From the NCBI GenBank assembly GCA_009693045.1, contig SHXZ01000011.1, positions 6,967 through 70,966 on the forward strand: a stretch of 64,000 bases of DNA. Reading direction: 5' to 3'. Under the pieces are notes generated by a model, which saw nothing but the letters and a program-made list of their open reading frames with translations, did not search any database and was not told the origin of the DNA. The translations under genes and the position numbers were made by a program. This stretch comes from Dehalococcoidia bacterium (GTDB lineage: Bacteria; Chloroflexota; Dehalococcoidia; Lucifugimonadales; SHYT01). Below are positions 57,305 to 64,000 of the stretch, one piece after another (position 1 is the first letter of the stretch; every line of letters starts with the position of its first letter).

Positions 57305-57383
57305 CAACGGGGCCACATCGTCGAACTCAGAGGTTATTGTTCGCTCTCAACCGTAGCGGCAGTCCAACTATTGGAGGCGTCAT

Positions 57384-58070
57384 TTGTCCCTTCCCATCCG
57401 CACTCTCCTCCTCGTCGCCACCACTGCGCTCATGGTCATTACTCTGTACCTCGTGTACTTCTGGGTGCCCACCGAGCAGGTCATGGGCGTCGTCCAGCGC
57501 ATCTTCTACTTCCACGTCCCCCTCGCCACCGGCGCGTTCCTGGGCTACACCATCATCTTCGTCGCCAGCATCGTGTACCTCGTGCGGCCTAGCGCACGGT
57601 GGGACGCCGTCGCCCACGCCAGCGCCGAGGTCGGCCTGCTCTTCACCACCCTCATGCTCCTCAGCGGCGTGCTCTGGAGCAAGCCCGTCTGGGGCATCTG
57701 GTGGGACTGGTCGCCCAGGCTCACCACATCGCTCATCCTGTGGTTCATCTACGTGGGGTACCTCATGTTGCGCGCCTACGCGCCCCGTGGCTCGCGAGGC
57801 GCCCGCTACGCCGCCGTGCTGGGCGTCATCGGCTTCGTGGACGTGCCAATCATCTACCTCTCCACCCGCCTGTGGCGCGACGTGCATCCCGTCCAGATGG
57901 TCGGCCCGGGCGCCGAGGTTGGCGCGCTGGACCCGTCAATGGAGACTACCCTCCTCATCGCCATCGTCACCTTCATCGTGCTATTCAGCTACCTCGTCGT
58001 GGAGCGCTACCGCCTGCGCCGCGCCGAGGAGGAAACAGAAAGGATGCAGCTCGCCTATGGACAACGTTAG
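57384..58070 (+). CDS. ccmC: Heme exporter / cytochrome c maturation protein CcmC
   Basis: WWD motif WGIWWDWSPRL and flanking conserved His residues. Confidence 0.9.
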   Translation: MSLPIRTLLLVATTALMVITLYLVYFWVPTEQVMGVVQRIFYFHVPLATGAFLGYTIIFVASIVYLVRPSARWDAVAHASAEVGLLFTTLMLLSGVLWSKPVWGIWWDWSPRLTTSLILWFIYVGYLMLRAYAPRGSRGARYAAVLGVIGFVDVPIIYLSTRLWRDVHPVQMVGPGAEVGALDPSMETTLLIAIVTFIVLFSYLVVERYRLRRAEEETERMQLAYGQR

Positions 58071-58311
58071 GAAACTCCTGGCGGCAACGCCCGTCCCGCT
58101 CGCCGTAGCTCTGGATCCGGCCCAGCAACGGCCCGGCGAGTCCAGCCTGCCGTACCTGTTCGTCGTCTTCCTGGTGACGTGGCTGGCCTTCTTCGCCTAC
58201 GCCTTCTACATGACGCGCAAGCAGCAGGCGCTCCAGCGCGACCTTGACGCGCTCCGCAAGCTGCTGGACGATCGCGAGCGACAGGGACGCCCGGGCGATC
58301 GTAAGCCCTAA
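58057..58311 (+). CDS. ccmD: CcmD-like small membrane protein
   Basis: Single TM YLFVVFLVTWLAFFAYAFYM followed by a charged tail. Overlaps the ccmC end. Confidence 0.55.
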   Translation: MDNVRKLLAATPVPLAVALDPAQQRPGESSLPYLFVVFLVTWLAFFAYAFYMTRKQQALQRDLDALRKLLDDRERQGRPGDRKP

Positions 58312-58353
58312 TACCCCCTTCCCCAAAGGGAAGGGGGTATTAGGGGGTTAGGT
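58309..58353 (+). repeat. Family-A repeat immediately after the ccmD-like stop codon
   Basis: taataccccc-ttcccc-aaa-ggggaa..gggggtatta-gggggttaggt. Confidence 0.85.
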
Positions 58354-58431
58354 CGGTGCGGCAGGGGCGCCAAGGCGGGCAGGCCCCAGGGCGGCCTTCT
58401 TAACTCTCCCTCCTTCTTGGGACTAAATATG

Positions 58432-58529
58432 CGACACTTTTGGACGAAGCCTTTGCAGCGGATCACTGCGTTGCTCTGAATCCGACCTCTCCCGCTCTCC
58501 AAATGATTGGAGAGGGGTTGGGGGTGAGG
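58432..58529 (+). repeat. Family-F element abutting the selA 5' end
   Basis: Matches 53572-53668 at both termini. The TGA at 58525-58527 inside its tail closes the selA frame. Confidence 0.7.
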
Positions 58530-58569
58530 TATCGCCACCGACTTTCGCGCCATCCCCAGCGTTGACCGC

Positions 58570-59901
58570 ATGCTCGCGCACCCGGAACTGGTGCGGCTCG
58601 CGGAGCACTACTCCCGCGCCGCCGTAACCGACCTCGTCCGCCGCGAGCTGGCCTCAGTGCGACAGGCCGCGGCCGCAGGCGAAGCCCTGCCCAGCCCAGA
58701 CCGCATCGCCGAGCGCGTGGCTCGGGCCGCCTCGGAGCGCTGGGCCGCCGGGCCGCGACGCGTCATCAACGCCACCGGCGTCATCATCCACACCAACTTG
58801 GGCCGCGCGCCGCTCAGCCACGAGGCGCTGGACGCCGTCCGTGAGGCCGCGCAGGGCTACTCCAACCTTGAATATGACCTGGAGGCGGGCGAGCGCGGCC
58901 ACCGCTACCAGCACGTCGCGGGCCTGCTGTGCCAGCTCACCGGCGCCGAGGCCGCCCTCATGGTGAACAACAACGCCTCCGCCGTGATGCTCACCCTCGC
59001 CGCCACCTCCGTAGGGAAAGAAGTCGTCATCTCCCGAGGCGAGGCCGTGGAGATCGGCGGCGGCTTCCGCATCCCCGACGTGCTGCGCCAGTCAGGCGCG
59101 AAGCTGGTGGAGGTCGGCACGACCAACCGCACCTACGACCGCGACTACCAGGCGGCCACCACGCCCAAGACCGCCGCGTTCCTCAAAGTCCACGCCTCCA
59201 ACTTCCGCGTCACCGGCTTCACCCACTCGGCGTCGCTGGAGGAGCTGGCCCCAATCGCGCGGCAGGCCAACGTGCTGCTCCTCCACGACCTTGGCAGCGG
59301 CTCCCTCATCAGCACCGAGAAGTACGGCCTCGCCCACGAGCCGACGCCCCAGGAGAGCGTGGCCGCCGGTGCCGACCTCACCTGCTTCTCCACCGACAAG
59401 CTACTCGGCGGTCCGCAGGGCGGCATCGTCGTGGGCAAGAAAGACTTGGTGGACCGGCTGGCGCGCCACCCGCTCGCCCGCGCGCTCCGCATGGACAAGC
59501 TGGACATCGCCGCCCTCTCTACCACACTGTTGCACTACCTCAGGAACGAGGCGGTGGAAAAGGTCCCCATCTGGCGCATGATCGCCATGCCGATGGCGGA
59601 GCTGGACGCCCGCGCCCGCCGGTGGCAGGCGGCCCTCGGCGAAGGCGCGACGGTCATCCCCGGCGAGTCCACCATTGGCGGCGGCAGCCTGCCCGGCGAG
59701 ACGCTCCCGACGCGGCTCGTGGCGTTGACCGCGGCGGGCATCCCCGGCGGCGCGCAAGAGTTGCTGCGACGCCTGCGCTCACAGCCCACGCCCGTCATCG
59801 CCCGCGTCGTCGACGACAAAGTGGCGCTGGACCCGCGCACCGTCTCTCCCGACGAGGAGCTGCCGCTCCTCCAACAGGTCCAGCAGGCACTGCGCCAGTG
59901 A
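58570..59901 (+). CDS. selA: L-seryl-tRNA(Sec) selenium transferase
   Basis: VINATGVIIHTNLGRAPL, FSTDKLLGGPQGG (PLP Lys) and RMDKLDIAAL. The conserved N-terminal IPSVDRML motif begins upstream of the first ATG. Confidence 0.9.
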   Translation: MLAHPELVRLAEHYSRAAVTDLVRRELASVRQAAAAGEALPSPDRIAERVARAASERWAAGPRRVINATGVIIHTNLGRAPLSHEALDAVREAAQGYSNLEYDLEAGERGHRYQHVAGLLCQLTGAEAALMVNNNASAVMLTLAATSVGKEVVISRGEAVEIGGGFRIPDVLRQSGAKLVEVGTTNRTYDRDYQAATTPKTAAFLKVHASNFRVTGFTHSASLEELAPIARQANVLLLHDLGSGSLISTEKYGLAHEPTPQESVAAGADLTCFSTDKLLGGPQGGIVVGKKDLVDRLARHPLARALRMDKLDIAALSTTLLHYLRNEAVEKVPIWRMIAMPMAELDARARRWQAALGEGATVIPGESTIGGGSLPGETLPTRLVALTAAGIPGGAQELLRRLRSQPTPVIARVVDDKVALDPRTVSPDEELPLLQQVQQALRQ

Positions 59902-59922
59902 GCGCAACGACGTGCCAGCGGA

Positions 59923-60203
59923 GTAGGGGCGGGTCTGAGACCCGCCCGCCGGGGACGCACAGCGTAACAACCGTCTCACCGTTTACAATGGCCAGTGGCC
60001 TTCCTCCCAAACGGCCCCCGACCCGTCCTTTCTGTGGAGCGGTAGAGAAACGGAGGCCAAGGACAGCTTCCCCCTTCCTTGCAGGGTAGGGGGCTAGGGG
60101 GGTTAGGTTCCCGGCGATGGAGGCTATGCCACGAATGATTTCCACGCGACACGTGGTGCCTGCGGCAGCCCACCCCCCGTAGGGGCGGGTCTCGTCCGCC
60201 CGC
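59923..60203 (+). repeat. Repeat cluster downstream of selA: B (59923-59950), A (60068-60108), B (60179-60203)
   Basis: GTAGGGGCGGGTCTGAGACCCGCCC and GTAGGGGCGGGTCTCGTCCGCCCGC, plus a degenerate A copy with a GGGGGGTTAGGT tail. Confidence 0.75.
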
Positions 60204-60376
60204 GCAGGATGATGCGGCGCAACAGTGGTTTTTCACCCCTCGTGGTGCCGGTGGCAACCATCATGGGTGATCACTATGGCTGCAAGCATCACCTAACAAG
60301 CGGACCTTCTGCGCGTTACTCTATAGAAGGCTTGTCTCATACCAGCTCTGTAAGAAAGTGGCGCCTATGCAACCAT

Positions 60377-60469
60377 GCCATTCTGAGGGAGCGAAGCGAC
60401 CGAGGAATCTCCCCACGTATCGTCACCCGCCCACGGATCGAGGAGATTCTTCGCTACACTCAGAATGGC
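60377..60469 (+). repeat. Family-C hairpin element with terminal inverted repeats GCCATTCTGAG / CTCAGAATGGC
   Basis: Termini at 60377-60387 and 60459-60469, with a nested stem ggaatctcc...ggagattc. Confidence 0.85.
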
Positions 60470-60534
60470 GGGGGAAGGCAGGCGTGCTGTATGAACGCCA
60501 CCCTCATTCAGAATTGGTCTTACGTGACTAACGA

Positions 60535-61800
60535 ATGACGACACCAACACCCCGCCAGCCGCTGGATGAGCAGTCCATCGCCCTTCTCCAGCGCGAAACC
60601 TCTGTCTGGGTCGCGCGCGGCCTCGTCACCCAGGAGCAGGCCGCAGCCATCCTCACAGGCTACGAAGCGGCGCCCGCCGGCCCCGGTCACTGGCTCCAGG
60701 GTCGCCTCATTACCGCCCTGGCGGTGCTTGGCGCCGTCCTCGTCGGCCTCGGCGTCATCCTGTTCATCGGCGCCAACTGGCAGACTATCCCTAAGTTCGG
60801 CAAGCTGGCCATGGTGTTCGTCGGCCTTGTCGCCACCTACGGTGCGGGGTTCTGGACCACCGACCGCCTTCGCATGCCGAACGTGGGCACAGCGGTCATC
60901 CTCCTCGGCGCGTTGCTCTTCGGCGCCGCCGTCTTCCTCGTCGCGCAGGCGTACCACGTGCGGGCCGGAACCCCCAGCCTCTTCCTCTGGTGGCTCCTGG
61001 GCGTCCTGCCCCTCGCCTACGCTTTGCGCTCGCGCGCGGTGCTCGTCCTCGGCGTGGGCACGGGCCTGGCGACGTTGGGAGTCTACGCCGCCTCGTGGAT
61101 GCACGGCGGGGGTGGCTTTGTACTCCCGTTCTTCGCGCTCGCGATGGTCGTGGGCATCTGCCTCGCCGCCCTCGGATCGGCGAAGCGGCGTATCGTGGCG
61201 ACCGAGTGGGCGGCTCAGCCGCTCCAGTGGGCGGGGGCTCTGGTCCTCCTCGTGGCGCTGTATATGTTCACGTTCCGTTTCCTCTTCTCCGAGGCGCTGG
61301 CGCGCGAGGCGGCGCTGCGCTGGCAGTTCCTCCTCGCCTTTCACCTCAGCGCGGGCGTCGGGCTCGCGACGCTCATCGCCGTCTGGCTCAGCGATGTGAG
61401 AGCCGGTAGAGCCAGCTCGTCGGGGAGCCTCGCGTTCGTGGGCCTGGCGGCGCTCGTTGGCGGCGCCTACTGGGCGCTGTTCACGCCGTTGGGAAGCGAG
61501 GTATCCTACGCGCTTGTGTTCAACGTCGCCATGGCCGTAGCCATCCTGGGGCTGGTGCTCGTGGGTTACCTGGATGGCAAAGCCGCCGCCGTCAACCTCG
61601 GCATCGGCCTCGCCGTCCTTGACATCGTCACGCGGTACTTTGACCTGGCGTGGCGGCTGCTGGACCGGTCGGTCGCGTTCATCATGGGCGGGCTGCTGCT
61701 CCTGGCGCTCGGCTTCGCGCTGGAGCGCCTGCGCCGCCGCGTGCTAACCACCATCGTGGAGCGGGAGCAGCCTGATGGCGCAGCGGGAGCAGGCAGATGA
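60535..61800 (+). CDS. DUF2157-family polytopic membrane protein
   Basis: The N-terminal cytoplasmic segment ...WVARGLVTQEQAAAIL..Y is followed by about 10 TM helices. Confidence 0.6.
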   Translation: MTTPTPRQPLDEQSIALLQRETSVWVARGLVTQEQAAAILTGYEAAPAGPGHWLQGRLITALAVLGAVLVGLGVILFIGANWQTIPKFGKLAMVFVGLVATYGAGFWTTDRLRMPNVGTAVILLGALLFGAAVFLVAQAYHVRAGTPSLFLWWLLGVLPLAYALRSRAVLVLGVGTGLATLGVYAASWMHGGGGFVLPFFALAMVVGICLAALGSAKRRIVATEWAAQPLQWAGALVLLVALYMFTFRFLFSEALAREAALRWQFLLAFHLSAGVGLATLIAVWLSDVRAGRASSSGSLAFVGLAALVGGAYWALFTPLGSEVSYALVFNVAMAVAILGLVLVGYLDGKAAAVNLGIGLAVLDIVTRYFDLAWRLLDRSVAFIMGGLLLLALGFALERLRRRVLTTIVEREQPDGAAGAGR

Positions 61801-62324
61801 CGGGTAGGACGCGCATCGCCTTCTTCGCCGTCGTGGCCCTCCAGGTGCTCTTCCTGGTCGGCCTCGTGGCCTACAAGGAGACCACCCTGCGAAGCGGGCG
61901 CGAGGTCGTCCTCCAAACGCTGCCCGTGGACCCGCGCGACCCGTTCCGCGGCGACTTCCTGATCCTCCGTTACGTCATCTCCACCCTGCCCACCCGCGCG
62001 ATCGAGTCCGACGGCCCGTTCGCGACCGGTGACGTAGTGTACGTGCGGCTGCAAGACCGCCAGCCCGTCGCCGATGCCGTGGGCGTGCGCCGCGCCTCTG
62101 CGCAGGACTGGGATCTGTTCATCCGCGGGACCGTCACGGGCGTGCAAGACGGCGGGCAGGTCCTGGAGGTGCAGTACGGCATTGAGTCCTATTTCGTGCC
62201 GGAGGGGAAAGGCCTGGTGCTCCAGCGCGCTCGTGACATCAAGGCCATCGTCGCGGTTGACGCCAGCGGACGGGCCATCCTCAAGCGCCTGATCGTGGAC
62301 GGCAAGGTCTTCCAGACCCGATGA
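61797..62324 (+). CDS. GDYXXLXY-domain protein
   Basis: N-terminal TM, then DPRDPFRGDFLILRY (GD[YF]xxLxY). ATGA overlap with the upstream gene. Confidence 0.7.
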   Translation: MTGRTRIAFFAVVALQVLFLVGLVAYKETTLRSGREVVLQTLPVDPRDPFRGDFLILRYVISTLPTRAIESDGPFATGDVVYVRLQDRQPVADAVGVRRASAQDWDLFIRGTVTGVQDGGQVLEVQYGIESYFVPEGKGLVLQRARDIKAIVAVDASGRAILKRLIVDGKVFQTR

Positions 62325-63304
62325 GCCCCCGGTCCGACTCATGTGTACCGTCTCTTCTCCTTACGCCAACGTTGAGTCAAAGTGGCGGTCTCGCGAAAGC
62401 GAAACTTGGTGTTCGCCCTCTCCACGTCAAGGTGTCCATCATCGTCGCGCTCCTAGCGTTCGTCGCCCTCGCCTGCTCGCCCAGCGCGGTGACCGTCCCC
62501 GGCGCGCCGTCCGACGAGCGCTCCGTCACCGTCACGCGAGTCATCGACGGCGACACCGTGGACGTCCGCCGGAACAACGGGACCGTGGACCGGGTGCGCC
62601 TCGTCGGCGTGGATACGCCCGAGACGAGCCAGTCCAACAAGCCTGGCGAGTACAAAGGAATCGCCGACATGGCGTGCTTGGACCGCTGGGGCAGCCGCGC
62701 TACGGAGTACGCGCGGGACAAGCTCCAGGGCCGCCTCGTGCGCCTTGATCCGGACCCCAAAGAAGGCCCCCAAGACGCCTTTGGACGTCTGCTGGCGTAC
62801 GTCGTGGTCGGCGAGGACGACTTCAACGCCCGGCTCGTTGAGCTGGGCTACGCCCGCGTGTACACGGAAAGCAAGGCCGAACGCGAACCGCAGTACCTGG
62901 TGCTCCAGCAGCGTGCCCAGCAAGGCCACCTCGGGCTGTGGGGGTGCAGCGGCTCGGCGACCACGCTGGGGAACGGCCAACCATCAGCAGGCGCTACAAC
63001 CGGTGTCGTCGTTGCTGTGCTAGACTTGGCAGGTGAGGTCGCGTTGATCAGGAATCAGGGCGCTTCCCCAGTGGACCTGACTGGTTGGACCATGGTCAGC
63101 GAGGTCGGCGGCGAGCGGTTCGCCCTTCCGCAATTGACGCTCGCGCCGGGTGCGAGCGTGGAGGTCGTCAGTGGCGGCGGCGCCACCCACAACCCGCCCG
63201 TGAGATTGCGATGGACCGACAGGAACATCTGGAACAACGCTGGAGATTCGGCGCTCTTGTTGGACGCGGAGGGCAGGACGGTGTCGCGGCTGGACCTGCG
63301 CTAG
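62321..63304 (+). CDS. Secreted thermonuclease (SNase-like) fused to a C-terminal lamin-tail domain; probable lipoprotein
   Basis: VIDGDTVDV...VRLVGVDTPE...GRLLAYV... (SNase), FVALAC lipobox-like segment, and a C-terminal LTD-like region (GWTMV...WNNAGDSALLLD). ATGA overlap upstream; alternative start GTG 62432. Confidence 0.8.
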   Translation: MSPRSDSCVPSLLLTPTLSQSGGLAKAKLGVRPLHVKVSIIVALLAFVALACSPSAVTVPGAPSDERSVTVTRVIDGDTVDVRRNNGTVDRVRLVGVDTPETSQSNKPGEYKGIADMACLDRWGSRATEYARDKLQGRLVRLDPDPKEGPQDAFGRLLAYVVVGEDDFNARLVELGYARVYTESKAEREPQYLVLQQRAQQGHLGLWGCSGSATTLGNGQPSAGATTGVVVAVLDLAGEVALIRNQGASPVDLTGWTMVSEVGGERFALPQLTLAPGASVEVVSGGGATHNPPVRLRWTDRNIWNNAGDSALLLDAEGRTVSRLDLR

Positions 63305-63601
63305 GCTCGCTCAGCCTGGCGTCGCGTAGCCTGCGGCTCCTGGCGTGGACGGGACGAAAGGCCTGGGGCCTCGTCGCGTCCATTGAGGGGGCGTTCTCCG
63401 GCCCAAGTTGCTCCCCAACATCAGCAACCTGAGGATTTGAAGAGCTGATGGGAAGCCCCGTCGGGGCTTCGTGGGCGATGCGAGAAGTAGACCGGGAGAC
63501 GCGTTTTCGCCGCTAGCAGCGGAAGGATTTGTGCGCCACCGTCGCGGCGGGGCATGGATGCCGCACCCTTCAGGGTGCGGTGCGATAAACAGTTCAAAAC
63601 C

Positions 63602-63629
63602 TTTGGCATCTGGTTGGGTGCGCGTATAA
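63602..63629 (+). promoter_or_regulatory. Candidate promoter (TTGGCA-N16-TATAAT)
   Basis: -35 at 63602-63607 and a perfect -10 at 63624-63629, about 38 nt upstream of ATG 63667. Confidence 0.5.
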
Positions 63630-63666
63630 TCATCACGCCCCACACCATCACCGAACGGAGCTTCTC

Positions 63667-64000
63667 ATGCTGCCCAACAGCACCCGAATAGCCCTCAAAG
63701 AGTGGGCCGTTACCTGCCGCGCCCTGGATCAGGGCAAGCAGATCGTTCTGCTCCGCAAGGGCGGCATCCACGAGGACGGCCTGGACTTCCGCGTCGTCCA
63801 CCACCAGTTCGTGTTGTACCCTTCGTACGAGCATCAGAAACCTGCCCTCGTCAAGCCGGAGTGGCAGGTCGCGCTGGCCGACACCGTCGCCCAGGCCGCG
63901 CCGCTCGACCGCATCACCTTCACCCACTTCGCCGAAGCCACGTCCCTGGTGGAGCTGATGGAGCAAGAGCGGCTTGATCGCCTGGACACGCTGCACCTAT
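63667..64000 (+). CDS. DUF1802-family protein, N-terminal part (3' end outside the window)
   Basis: Hand translation: MLPNSTRIALKEWAVTCRALDQGKQIVLLRKGGIHEDGLDFRVVHHQFVLYPSYEHQ... The frame is open to the window end. Confidence 0.55.
   Translation, partial: MLPNSTRIALKEWAVTCRALDQGKQIVLLRKGGIHEDGLDFRVVHHQFVLYPSYEHQKPALVKPEWQVALADTVAQAAPLDRITFTHFAEATSLVELMEQERLDRLDTLHL

Overview
High-GC bacterial chromosomal segment, mostly core metabolism. Gene content and repeat style look Chloroflexota-like, but that is inference only.

Gene content, in window order:
- An MmgE/PrpD fragment and an ArsB/NhaD-type permease.
- A minus-strand suf operon, sufB-C-D-S-U, followed by an Rrf2 regulator.
- A half-size PhoU-domain gene.
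- A heterodimeric ABC exporter pair.
- A sugar-modification cluster: nucleotide-sugar dehydrogenase, a decayed CARDB/beta-propeller surface protein, an epimerase and a methyltransferase.
- DUF47 plus a PiT phosphate transporter.
- A frameshifted DUF2419 gene.
- A sulfate-assimilation operon: sir-cysH-cysC-sat-tauE.
- selD, encoded as a selenoprotein (in-frame TGA plus a SECIS-like hairpin).
- A JAMM peptidase, a PDZ protein, a PNPOx-family protein, and cimA translationally coupled to an LMW-PTP.
- A small toxin-antitoxin island and an MBL hydrolase with an in-frame TGA.
- A large minus-strand branched-chain amino-acid supercluster, ilvB-N-C, leuA, leuC-D and leuB, punctuated by small accessory or decayed genes.
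- rarA, a visibly AT-richer islet, a Kef-type antiporter, a cupredoxin lipoprotein, ccmABCD and selA.
- A translationally coupled DUF2157 / GDYXXLXY / secreted nuclease-LTD operon.

Main non-coding signals:
- Two T-box leaders, one upstream of ilvB (Leu CUC specifier) and one upstream of cimA.
- A promoter-to-terminator RNA of about 107 nt between selD and sir.
- At least six families of short palindromic or hairpin intergenic repeats. Every copy whose orientation can be scored points the same way.
- One repeat block is bounded by a 20-bp duplication of a gene's 3' end.

Several accessory genes carry single in-frame TGAs or 1-nt frameshifts, while every core gene is intact. No rRNA, tRNA, CRISPR array or transposase was found. 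I did not recognise a complete novel multi-gene system. The strongest leads are the selenium-related recoding, the T-box pair, the unclassified RNA and the repeat biology.
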